From positions 51,522,001 to 51,586,000 of the forward strand of contig CM060733.1 in the NCBI GenBank assembly GCA_030704615.1: 64,000 nt of DNA, given 5' to 3'. This DNA comes from Takakia lepidozioides. Its lineage: Eukaryota > Plantae > Bryophyta. The translations under genes and the position numbers were made by a program. Below, piece by piece: positions 13,391-24,130 of the stretch; the first letter of the stretch is position 1; the number at the start of each line of letters is the position of its first letter. Under the pieces are notes generated by a model. It did no database searches, had not been told where the DNA came from, and saw only the letters and a list, made by a program, of their open reading frames with translations.

Positions 13391-14745
13391 GGGCTGTGAC
13401 AGGCTGTGGCAACCTGTGACGGGCTGTGACGGGCTGTGTCAGGCTGTGGCGAGCTGTGACGGCTGTGACGGGCTGTGCGGGGCTGTGACAGGCTGTGCCC
13501 TGAGGCCTGTGGGGCTGTGACGGGCTGTGACAGGCTGTGCCCATGGCCTTTGGGGCTGTGATGGGCTGTGAGGGGCTGTGCCCATGGCCTTTGGGGCTGT
13601 GATGGGCTGTGAGGGGCTGTGACAGGCCGTGCCTGAGGCCTTTGCGGCTGTGACGGGCTGTGACGGGCTGTGACAGGCTGTGGCAAGCTGTGACAGGCTG
13701 TGATGGGCTGTGACAGGCTGTGCCCTGTGCCCTGTGGGGCTGTGACGGGCTGTGTCAGGCTGTGACAGGCTGTGCCCAGTGGCCTTTTGGGGTTGTGACG
13801 GGCTGTGCGGGGCTGTGACAGGCTGTGCCCTGAGGCCTGTGGGGCTGTGAGGGGCTGTGACAGGCTGTACCCATGGCCTTTGGGGCTGTGATGGGCTGTG
13901 AGGGGCTGTGACAGGCCGTGCCTGAGGCCTTTGCGGCTGTGACGGGCTGTGAGGGGCTGTGACAGGCCGTGCCCATGGCCTTTGGGGCTGTGACGGGCTG
14001 TGAGGGGCTGTGGCAGGCCGTGCCTGAGGCCTTTGGGGCTGTGATGGGCTGTGAGGGGCTGTGACAGGCCCTGCCTGAGGCCTTTGGGGCTGTGACGGGC
14101 TGTGAGGGGCTGTGACAGGCCGTGCCTGAGGCCTTTGAGGCTGTGACGGGCTGTGAGGGGCTGTGACAGGCCGTGCCCATGGCCTTTGGGGCTGTGACGG
14201 GCTGTGAGGGGCTGTGACAGGCCGCGCCTGAGGCCTTTGGGGCTGTGACGGGCTGTGACGGGCCGTGCCTGAGGCCTTTGGGGCTGTGATGGGCTGTGAC
14301 AGGCCGTGCCTGAGGCCTTTGAGGCTGTGACGGGCTGTGAGGGGCTGTGATAGGCTGTGCCCTGTGCCCTGTGGGGCTGTGACGGGCTGTGTCAGGCTGT
14401 GACAGGCTGTGCCCAGTGGCCTTTGGGGCTGTGACGGGCTGTGCGGGGCTGTGACAGGCTGTGCCCTGAGGCCTGTGGGGCTGTGACGGGCTGTGACAGG
14501 CTGTGCCCATGGCCTTTGGGGCTGTGATGGGCTGTGAGGGGCTGTGACAGGCCGTGCCTGAGGCCTTTGAGGCTGTGACGGGCTGTGAGGGGCTGTGACA
14601 GGCCGTGCCCATGGCCTTTGGGCTGTGACGGGCTGTGAGGGGCTGTGACAGGCTGTGCCTGAGGCCTTTGAGGCTGTGACGAGCTGTGAGGGGCTGTGAC
14701 AGGGTCTGCCCAGTGGCCTGTGGAACTGTGACGGCTGTGACCAGT
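13391..14745 (+). repeat. Complex minisatellite of GGCTGTGAC(G/A)-based ~10-bp units with GCCTGAGGCCTTT/GCCCATGGCCTTT spacers
   Basis: A directly visible ~1.35-kb higher-order tandem array inside the element leader. Confidence 0.95.
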
Positions 14746-15030
14746 GAGCTGTGTGGGCCTGTGCTGGTCTGTGGTGGCCCGTGTTGACCTGTGGATGGCC
14801 TGTGCTGACTCGTGGAGGCACTGGTGGACTAAGGACTGGCATGTGGTCTGGAAGGCCGAATTTTGAAGCTCGTGGAGGGCGGTTTGAGGAGTATCTTCAT
14901 GATATTCCCATGGTCATGCAAGTTCAGGTGTAGGCTATGTTAGGAACTTAGTATTCCAAACCATAAGCCGCAACAGATTCTCTACCCGGTTACCTTGTGG
15001 AGAGGGGGTTAGGGACATGTTCATGACCGG

Positions 15031-16300
15031 TTGAGTGTCAACACGGAGGTGCCACTAGTTGCTGGGGACAGTGCCGGTTCGAGCACTAGCGATACTAGTG
15101 GGTACACGAGACGAGGTGTGCGGTTTAGGCCACCTTCACCTCCTGTGTCTTCCACGGAAGGTTCTGATTCGGATTGTGAATCAGGAGGGCTCATACCGGC
15201 GGTGCAAGTTGTTTCTTTGCCATTATTGTGGGACACAATGGAGGAGATGTATGGAGCTACCAAGGGGCCACGAAGGTACTCTGGGGCGGTGGGCACCATT
15301 GAGTTGGATGATTTTATCCAAGAGTTTGATAGTTGGTGTGATTTGCAGCAAATGCGCAATCCACAACTATTTACGCCGTTCATGGCATGGAAAGGGCTGT
15401 TTCAGCACCTTGAGGGGCCGCCTATGGATGATTACCATGAGTTCAGGCGGGGGCATGAGGTTGAGATCGAGGAGTGGAGGATGTACTGGTCACCCGACTA
15501 TGTCTCCATCACTAGGGGCACTAGAGCCACGAGGGCAGTGGCTACACCTGCCGCTGCACCGACAGCTTCAGCAAGTAGTAGTGGGACTGGTGGTACAGTA
15601 GCTACGACATCCACCAAGCCACTACCGCACCAGCACTAGCACCCGTGCCTGCCTTCAACCCTGTTGTGGAGTTCTTCGAAGAGTTGAGAGGGAACTACCA
15701 AGGGGTGAGGACAGAGAAGTTGCGGAGCTTGCAAGAGTTCCAACGGAAGCCGACCGAGAGCTTGAGGGAGGCTTTCACTCGCATGAGGCGCTTGATAAAT
15801 GTAACCCAAGGGGTTACGGAAGCTCAGGCAGTCCAATTCTGGTATGAGATATTGGACAAGGAGCTGAGGAGAAGGGTGCGGGATGCAACTCTCCTACAAG
15901 CGGCCCAACCCACCTTAGCAAATGTGTTTTTGCTGGCAGAGCGGATAGAGCTCACATGGTGGAGGAACGAGTGGTCATGGTGGGATTTGCTAAGGAGACA
16001 CCACGGGGTAGTGGTGCTCCTAGCCAACCACTACCTCAACGTGCTCAAGGCAACAAGGGGGCTCAGGTGAAGCTCAGGGAAGGGCAGAGAGGACCTCAGA
16101 TGCAGGGGTCTCTCCCTTCATTTGCTGGCCAACAACGGGCGGATGTGGTGTGCTGGACATGTGGAGGACCCCATGTCAAGAAGGATTGTCCAGAGGGAGG
16201 CAAAGGGCCGGCACATGCACAGCCTGCACAGTTACAGTGTGGGCATTGTGGCAACACGGGCATGGAGAGGCTCAGTGTTATGGTTTGCATCCTGAGTTGC
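15031..16300 (+). CDS. Retroelement Gag (frameshifted) with two zinc knuckles
   Basis: Capsid-like FQRKPTESLREAFTRMRRL; knuckles CWTCGGPHVKKDC (~16151) and CGHCGNTGHGEAQC (~16238, across a frameshift). The true start codon is uncertain. Confidence 0.8.
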
Positions 16301-17199
16301 GCCCAGGCCATTCCAAGGGAACAATGGTGGCCGGGGGCGAGGTGGAGCAGCCCAGAGAGGACGAGGTGGCCAGCCACGAGGTGCAGGCCAAGGGCAAGCT
16401 CAACGTGGCCAAGGACGCGGAGGTCAGGGTGTTGACCAAGGCATGGCCAACCGGCTTCAGCAGCTAGAGCAGAGCTCGCTGCCATGGCTACAGCTCAGGT
16501 GGTACCGGCTCTAAGGCGGATGGTCCACCTCCTGCTCCTGAGGGAGGAGATATGGGAGGCATGGGATTCATGTGTGGAGCAGCACTACCACTAGTGCAGG
16601 TGGAGTCTGCTGCAGCCGTGACTCGAGGAGCAGCACGAGTTCCTGAGCCACGAGGTGCAGAGGTGGAGTTGGATCCACAGCGTGGGGAGGCAAGCCGTCA
16701 GGCTAGGCTTCCTCAGTCATTCACATTGGCGGAGACAGTGTCGACGCCATCCATGGCACCTAGTTCTCGCCCGACTGTTACCGAGGCGGAGGTTACTATG
16801 CCATTGGGGAGAGCTACACGGGTAGCACCACTACCTAGTGTTGCCAAGGCTACGGCAGCTAGTGTGCTGCTAGGAGCGGCCACATCTGTGTGCCAGGCTC
16901 CATTGTTCTCGGCTACCATGATTGCGACGCCGGGGGTAAGACCAGCTGAGGTGTTCAGGCTGGCAGCTACACTCTGTGAGAGTGGGGAGGTTACTTCATC
17001 TTCTGCGGAGATAGTGGGAGGTGTAGTGCCGGAGGGATCCTCGGATTTGAGGGTCAAGACTGCCACGGCGGCGCCATGGCAAGCTGCAGCTGCCAGGTTG
17101 ATGGAGCTGCCAGCTAGGCCAGCCATTGAGCGCGCCATGGTGACACCTGGAGTTGTCATGTTAGACAACCAGGATGGCATTTTCTGTTTGAGTGGACCG

Positions 17200-17530
17200 G
17201 CAGGCAAGAGGTATCGGCCACTGCGAGTCTTGTTGGACTCGGGAGCTCAGCCACTGATGCTGGGCAGAGCTGCTATTGCAGGCTTGGGCCTCACGGAGGC
17301 GGATATGGAGCCTTGTCCTTTCCAGATACAGACGTCTCTCGGAGGATCGGAGCAGGCTCGGGGCATGACACGGCATGAGTTGGCTATCAGACTACGGCCG
17401 GATCACCCTACAGATGGCTCAGTGATGCGAGCCAAGGCCATTGTGACAGACGCAGTCTCATACGATGTCCTGGTTGGTGGGGCAGTGTTGTACCCCATGG
17501 GCTTCACCCTGGATTTTGGGAGGAGTCAGC
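17200..17530 (+). CDS. Retropepsin aspartic protease domain
   Basis: VLLDSGAQ catalytic motif (~17236) and a C-terminal YDVLVGGAVL motif. Confidence 0.8.
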
Positions 17531-17940
17531 TTCCTATAGGCCTGCATGGCAGTCAGGGGAGGGCCGGCGTGTGCAGCTCCCTGTGACGTTCATAGGAGGA
17601 GTTGCGGTTGCCCAGCGAGGCAAGATGCCGACACTAGCAGCATTCACAGCGGCAGTGAATTGGCCTAGAGAGTTGCTTGAGGGCAATGCTCATTCAGAGG
17701 ATGTACCACCTCGGGAGAGCAGGATGACATGTATGGTATGGCGGAGTTGCCTACCATGGTTGCTCAGACTCCATTGTGGGGCACGAGCAAGGATTTGCAG
17801 CGGGATGCTGATCGACGGGTGCAACAAGCCTGGGTGGAGGCTTTTGTACCGTCAGGAGAGGAGGAGAGTGTGGGATTGCACCAGGACCACCTCAATTGTC
17901 TCCATTGGACACCACACCTATTGTGTGGCAGTCTCCGGAT

Positions 17941-18890
17941 GAAGGCATTTGTCTTCTGGACTTGTTTGGCGGGATCAGCACCGGATTGGCTGCTGTGTTA
18001 CAGGCAGGTGTACGAGTTCGGCGTTACCTGTATGTGGAGAGGGATGAGACTGCACGACGCGTTTCACTTCGCCATGTTGCTCAGTTGGTGCAGCGGTACC
18101 CTGAGTTGTTGTCGGTGTCTGCAATTCGTGGATATCAGCAGGCCTTGCCAGCAGACATTTCGTTGCTGGGGGCGCAGGATTTGGAGCGGGTTGGCTCCAT
18201 TGATCTGGTAGTGGCAGGTTGGCCCTGCCAAGGGCATTCATCAGCCGGGCATGGCAATGGATTGCGAGACTCGAGGTCGGGTCTGTTTTGGGAGATGGTG
18301 CGGGTTTTGCGCCACTTGCAGCTTCATCAAGCTGTATCTCCAGCATACATCTTGGAGAATGTGCCATGATGGGCAATTCTCGGGCCAGGGTGATGGCCAG
18401 TGTGCATCAAGTCCGGTCGTGGCTTGGGTCAGCAGTGTTGCTGGATGCAGCTACAGTGGGGTCACGGGCTCATCGTCCACGGCTATGGTGGACTAACATG
18501 ATGCCACCCGCACTGCTCAAGCGTGCATTTGATGGGGTGCAGCGGCCAGCACATCTCACAGTGGATAACATTCTGGACACAGGGAGGCAGTCTCAACGTG
18601 TGAGACACGATGACCGTTCGCCTTTGGCAGTGGTCAACAAGGTGGGTCAACCACGAGCAGCATTACCTACACTGCTCAGCTTCCCAGGATCGCATGCTTT
18701 CCGGGATAGTGGACCTGGCCTCCTGTGGATGCTCAGTTGCAGCAGTTAGTGGAGCCTAATGCTGACGAGCGTGAGCGGCAATGGGTTTTACCACTGGTAC
18801 CACGGCGGTGTCGTCTCTTTCTGAGGCATCACGTCGTCAAGTGTTGGGGCAAGCAATGGATCTCAATTGCTTGACCTGGATTATCAGCTT
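17941..18890 (+). CDS. C5 cytosine DNA methyltransferase domain (DNMT3-like) within the retroelement polyprotein
   Basis: Motif I LLDLFGG, II YVERD, IV IDLVVAGWPCQG (catalytic PC), V SGLF, VI YILENV, VIII AHRPRLWWTN, IX ERERxMGF and X RRQVLGQAMD appear in canonical order across 1-bp frameshifts. Confidence 0.9.
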
Positions 18891-19333
18891 GGCTCTAGCT
18901 GAGCAACGCAGAGTGCGGAATACACTTCCCTCAATGGTCTCTCTGCCTACCGAGACGGTACAGGCAGTGAGTGGGGGCGAGCATATGAGGACCACGGGGT
19001 GCATGCATCCATGGCACACGTGGGAGGTGCTCGAGGTTCAGAGGGAGTTGGCAGCCAAGGCGGCTGTGATGGATGAGGTTGGGGATTCTTCTCGGTTGAG
19101 GAGGTCCTCAAGGATGAGATGATGGGGCAGGATGATGCCTTGTCATTGACTGAGCAGGTAGGGAGTACTGCTCAAGAGGTTGCAGCATAGCAACCACGGG
19201 ACGCGTCCTCTACCTCTAAGCCCACTGGACTTAAGGTTGTAGTTACGGAGGACAATTGGGAGCCTGACATTGGACCCATTGTCACCGGAGGAGAGAGACG
19301 ACGTATACGGCGGTTCCTGAGGGCTTACAGGAA

Positions 19334-20690
19334 TTGCTTTGCCTTCAGTTTGAAGGACTTGGAGCACTGAAGGGTCAAGAGATCCGTATTGAGTTGGCCA
19401 CTGACACGCCAATCTTTCGGAGACCCTATAGATACAGTGACATGGAGAGGTCTTTGATTCAGATGAGGACTCAAGATCTCTGGGAGGCAGGTTTGGTGGA
19501 GCTCTCTGGTGGAGAGTATGCTTCAGCCACAGTGATGCCAGCCAAGAAGGATGTCTATGGCAATTGGACGGAGAGACGTATGTGCGGTGATTACCGGCCT
19601 GTAAATCGTCAGACCAAGTCCGATAAGTATGCCATGCCAACACCAGAGGAGATCTTTGATGCCATCGGGCATGCTAAGGCCTTTAGCACTTTGGATTTAC
19701 GATCCGGATATCACCAGTTGCCAATCAAGGAGGCGGACAAGCAGAAGACGGCATTCTGGGGGATCAATGAGCACGGCAAGGATTGCCTATATCAGTGGCG
19801 GTTCTTACCATTTGGGCTTAAGAATGCTCCTGCAGAGTTTCAGAGAGTCATGGATAGGATTCTAGCAGGGGTGGACTTTGCTCGGTGCTACATAGATGAC
19901 ATCATCATCTTTAGTGTTACGATGGAGGAGCATGAGAGACACCTTCAGGTGGTATTGGAGCGCTTGAGAGCGCACGGATTGAAGTTGCATCCGGGGAAGT
20001 GCAAGTTTTTCCACAACCAGATTGAGTATCTGGGTCACATGATATATCCTGGAGGATTGGGGGTACAGCAGACTAAGGTAGAGGCCATTGCACAAATTCC
20101 ACGCCCCACGGATGTGAGCCGAGTTCGAGCTTTCATGGGGTTGGCAAACTATTATAGACGGTTTGTCAAGGGATTTAGTACCATTGCAAGGCTCTAACCA
20201 AGCTGACCAAGGTGGACCAGGAGTGGCAGTGGGAAGATGAGCAGGAACGAGCTTTTCAAGAGCTCAAGGCGAGGTTGACCTCGGCGCCTATCTTGAGACG
20301 ACCTATCAGGGGGCGTCCCTTTCAGCTGCATACGGATTGGAGCATGCTGGGGCTTGGAGCGGTGCTCACACAGGTGGATGATGAGGGAAGAGAGTTCGTA
20401 GTGGCTTACGCTAGCCGCTCGAACAACGCTGCAGAGGCTAAGTACAGCTCATATGAGGGAGAGTGCTTAGCTGCAGTGTGGGCCGTGGCACACTTCAGGT
20501 GATCTATACTAACGGCAATCTTTTCACCCTTGTCACGGATCACCAGCCACTCAAGTGGTTGATGGAGTCAGACAAGCTTACGGGAAGCTTGCACGGTGGG
20601 CACTTATACTCCAGGAGTATGACTTTCAGGTTGTGCATCGACCGGTTTGGTCAATCGGGATGCGGATGGATTGAGTCGCAATCCATGCAT
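19334..20690 (+). CDS. Reverse transcriptase plus RNase H (Ty3/gypsy type)
   Basis: RMCGDYRPVN, LDLRSGYHQ, LPFGLKNAPAEFQR, YIDD and YLGH; RNase H motifs HTDWS, YEGECLA, TDHQPL and NRDADGLSR. Confidence 0.95.
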
Positions 20691-21049
20691 GAGCCAGCAG
20701 GATGACACTGGAGCTCGGTGGCATGGTGAGACGGACGAGGAGATGGTGCCGGGATGGCACGCATCTGCATTTTTGTGTATCTTGGCATCGGGAGGTCAGA
20801 TTGGACCTACAACAGGGATGACTGTAGACGGAGTGTCTGAGGACCCTGAGGCTAGGATGAGCTAGGTGGTGCCAGAGATATACATGAGGATTCGGCTGTG
20901 TTGGACTACCTCCGCACGGGAGACACGGCAGCCATTGTGACTGCCAGGGAGAGGGATCGGATCCTGCAACGAGCCAAGAGGTTCAAGTGGGAGGGGATAC
21001 ACCTACTTCGAGTGTGGGAGGATGTCGGGTGAGGATTGTGCCTCACCCC

Positions 21050-22125
21050 ACACAGCGTGCACGGTTAGTGCGGCATGCCCATGAGGAGTTGGGGCATTTT
21101 GGAGTGCGACGCACTCACAGTTTACTGCAGGGGCAGTATTGGTGGCGTGGTATGCATACAGAGGTGCAACAGTTTGTGGCTAGGTGCATGGTGTGTGACA
21201 GGGTGTGCGTGCTTCATTCAACGCCCCTACACCACAGTTGCATCCTTTACCTATCATGGGATTGGGCTACAGGTGGAGTCTTGACTTCGCAGGACCGTTG
21301 CCACTGACTATGCGCCACCACAGATATGTGTTGGTGATGGTGGAGCACTTCTCCAAGTGGATTGAGTTGGTTCCATTGCCTGACAAGGCTAGTGAGGGGG
21401 CTGCGTATGCATTCTTGGATCGTGTGCTTAGCCGATTTGGTGCTCCAGCTGAGGTACTCACGGACCAAGGGAGAGAGTTCTTGGGGGAGTTTCAGGCTTT
21501 GTGTGATAAAGCCTTGATAGACCACCGCACCACTTCTCGGGATCATCCTGAGGCCGATGGCTTAGCAGAGAGAGTTGTTCAGACGGTGAAGAGGGTTTGC
21601 GCAAGTATGGCTTGCAGAAGGGACACCTAGGAGATTGGGATCTTCAGGTTCCTTGGTTAGCCATGGGCTACAGGTTCAGCAAACAAGCATCACTTGCCTC
21701 CTTCTCACCATATTTCCTTCTCTTTGGCCGAGAGCCGGATTTGCCTGCAGCCATTCGTAGGACACTGCTCAAGTCCTTAACCTTGACGATCCGGACGTGT
21801 GGGTACGTGCATGTGATCAGCGTGCAGAGTTGTTCAAGAAAGTCATGCCCATGGCTTTTGAGAACCTTGCCATTGCACAGCACCGTGATACGTTGAGGTA
21901 TGCCACTATACGTGGTGGAGGATATCGTCCTGGGGTTCGGAGGTTTAGCCTGGTGACTATGTTTATTTGCAGCAGACTGCTCCTACGACTCTGGATGTTA
22001 CTGCAGGGCGTGTTATTCTGAGGGTTCGAGAGGTGTTGCCCTCAGGGGTCCTGATCTTGGAGGGTCGGGATGGCATGACTTGGAAGGACCATGTGCGTAA
22101 TTGTGCGCCATGTCACCTTCCAATG
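21050..22125 (+). CDS. DDE integrase with HHCC zinc finger
   Basis: HAHEELGHFG...CMVC zinc finger; catalytic triad in SLDFAG / VLTDQG / GLAERVV; SPYFLLFGRE. Confidence 0.92.
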
Positions 22126-22175
22126 TCGATGGCAGAGTTGACCCAAACTTGGCAGTGGTACCTGCAGGTTTGAGG

Positions 22176-22317
22176 TGCATGCTCTGTGGGTCTGCCAAGG
22201 GGCAGCCACCATGCTGGTGTGTGATCGATGCTCAAGGGGTTGGCATATGGATGCTTGACACCACCTCTTGAGAAGGTTCCTGACGGAGATTGGTTGTGTC
22301 CACACTGCTTGGGATAG
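22176..22317 (+). CDS. PHD finger at the integrase C-terminus
   Basis: Restoring two single-G deletions gives CMLCGSAKGAATMLVCDRCSRGWHMGCLTPPLEKVPDGDWLCPHCLG*, a Cys4-His-Cys3 PHD with the conserved W. Confidence 0.85.
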
Positions 22318-22574
22318 TGGCAGTGGACATGACTGGAGGCAGCTAACAAGACATGGGAGGCCAAGCTCATAGGAGTCAATACATGAGATCCCAAGCTCAA
22401 GTTCACAGGTTGCAAGACGGCGACTAACGATGGGGCTCTTGCACCCGGCCTCTTGATCTATCGAGTTTGAGTGTAGTAGGGATAGTGGTGGAGGACTTAG
22501 TGAGGCTATGGTCACTATCACATCTTGTGGCTACCTGGACTTAGAGGGACCTAAGCACCAGCTAGGGGGGCGAT

Positions 22575-23087
22575 TGTGTGGACTAGTGACTGCCATAGTG
22601 GGCAGCGTAGTGGCAGCCTAGTGACTGACTAGTTGTAGCCTAGTGGTTGGACTAGTGGCTGGACTAGTGGTAGACTAGTGGTATACTAGTGGTGGTGTGC
22701 ACATGTGTTGTGTGGTTTTGGACAGCGATGTAGTTGTGTAGCGATATGTATGCGCACGACAGCTGTCAAGTTATTTTACCACTAGTGTGAAACTAGCTAG
22801 GAAATAGCTAGCTTTTACATATTGACATTTGGGATTGGCCCAAGTGTCAATCCAGGGGTCAAGGCATTTTAGGCCCTGGAGTGGTTATCTTCACGGCAAG
22901 CGCGGAGGCTCATCTTTCTCGAGTTGAGCCTCACCGCGCCTAGCTATGGCGCCGTAGTGTGGATTCCCCATGGCGTGGGGTGCACTTGGCTTGACTTGTA
23001 TTTGAGTGATGAGGTTATATATGCATGAGTTTATGCTTCAGCTTTGTGAGCTCGCATGAGCTTGTGCTGTATTCTTCTTCTTTATCA
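22575..23087 (+). repeat. Complete internal LTR (C + GC + AB, 513 bp) following the polypurine tract
   Basis: Starts TGTGTGG just after AGGGGGG (22564-22570), ends TTTATCA, and contains a TATA-like TTATATAT at ~23015. Confidence 0.8.
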
Positions 23088-23274
23088 TGTGTGGACTAGT
23101 GACTGCCATATGGGCAGCGTAGTGGCAGCCTAGTGACTGACTAGTTGTAGCCTAGTGGTTGGACTAGTGGCTGGACTAGTGGTAGACTAGTGGTATACTA
23201 GTGTGTGGTGTGCACATGTGTTGTGTGGTTTTGGACAGCGATGTAGTTGTGTAGCGATATGTATGCGCACGACA
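23088..23274 (+). repeat. Terminal second copy of LTR segment C (187 bp)
   Basis: Near-identical to 22575-22761 (two 1-bp indels); rich in CTAGTGG/ACTAGT repeats. Confidence 0.92.
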
Positions 23275-23400
23275 ACTCCATTGACAAATTCCGACTCAAG
23301 TTATTGGAACTCAACGACAGCTCTACCATTAATGATGAAAATTCCCAAACTAGCTGGAATGGTGCCTGTGAGACTGTTGTTCCATACATAAAGCATCGGC
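23275..23400 (-). pseudogene. LRR fragment (5' part), contiguous with 11103-11411 before the insertion
   Basis: Reads SSLMVELSLSSNNLSRNLSME. Joined across the TSD it continues into GRLRNLTIMSL on the left flank. Confidence 0.7.
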
Positions 23401-24130
23401 AACAAATTGTCTCACCCACATCTCTTTTTTTTGTCATATATACTAAAAGGCGATCTTTTCGGACCTAGCCTGACTCCTTCCTATTGTTGAATGAAACATG
23501 AAAAAAAATTAATTCATTTGCTGTGGAGGATGAATGAATGCAAGAGGGAGCGCATCTACTTACTCACCTGCGCTGCCCAAGAAGAGCCATGGCTGCGCAG
23601 CTAAAAGTAAATGCAGCGAGTCCAGCAAAAGAAGGAGAAGGTGTGGCGGAGCAAGTGTGAATGCAATGTCAACAACCGCTTTGCATCTTGTTTGGCATGT
23701 CATGGATTCAAAGACGCCCAACATTCTTGAGAAACAGAGAAAGTGTCCAAGATCAAGAAAGAGTGTCTCAGCATCTGAGGTAGAAAGCAGAGCCACGAGT
23801 CTTGGAGAGAGAAGAAAGCAGCTAGAAATGAATGCTGAAACTGTTCAAGGACTCCACAGGCAAGCTGGGTTCTTGCACGTCGTGAGCAAATCCATGGTCA
23901 GGAGGACGAGGTGATGTTTCTGAGGATATGCAGCTCTCTCAAGACAGCTTATAAGTATGCTTTTCCAGGCAACACAATATGAATCTTGCCGCAAGCCAAC
24001 ATCTACAGGTATTCGGCTTCGACCAGCGGGGAGACATATAGTGTTACGTTGTGCGAGAAGACGACGTTGATGAGGCTCACAGTATTGTTCTTGTGGCGCA
24101 TATATAAGTATTCAGAAAGAGAGAGAGATC

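Larger units (their letters stand above)
11412..23274 (+). mobile_element. Ty3/gypsy-type retroelement with split/permuted LTRs, encoding Gag-PR-DNMT-RT-RH-INT-PHD
   Basis: Ends are TGTC (11412) and GACA (23274). ACTC is duplicated at 11408-11411 and 23275-23278. Domain order is RT-RH-INT (gypsy), and the flanks reconstitute an LRR pseudogene. Confidence 0.93.

Noticed and set aside
13391-14745. CRISPR-like array
   Set aside because: Eukaryotic context, no unique spacers and no cas genes.
13439-14842. 467-aa Pro/Ser/Thr/His-rich antisense ORF (plus overlapping 285-aa and 118-aa ORFs)
   Set aside because: A by-product of the stop-poor minisatellite; several frames are open and there is no domain signal.
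17941-18890. Bacterial restriction-modification contaminant or independent host DNMT gene
   Set aside because: It is intronless and collinear within pol between protease and RT, inside the TSD-bounded element.
11412-23274. DIRS/Ngaro tyrosine-recombinase element (suggested by the split repeats plus a methyltransferase)
   Set aside because: It encodes an aspartic protease and an HHCC-DDE integrase, has TG...CA ends with a TSD, the MTase is C5-type rather than N6-adenine, and no tyrosine recombinase was seen.
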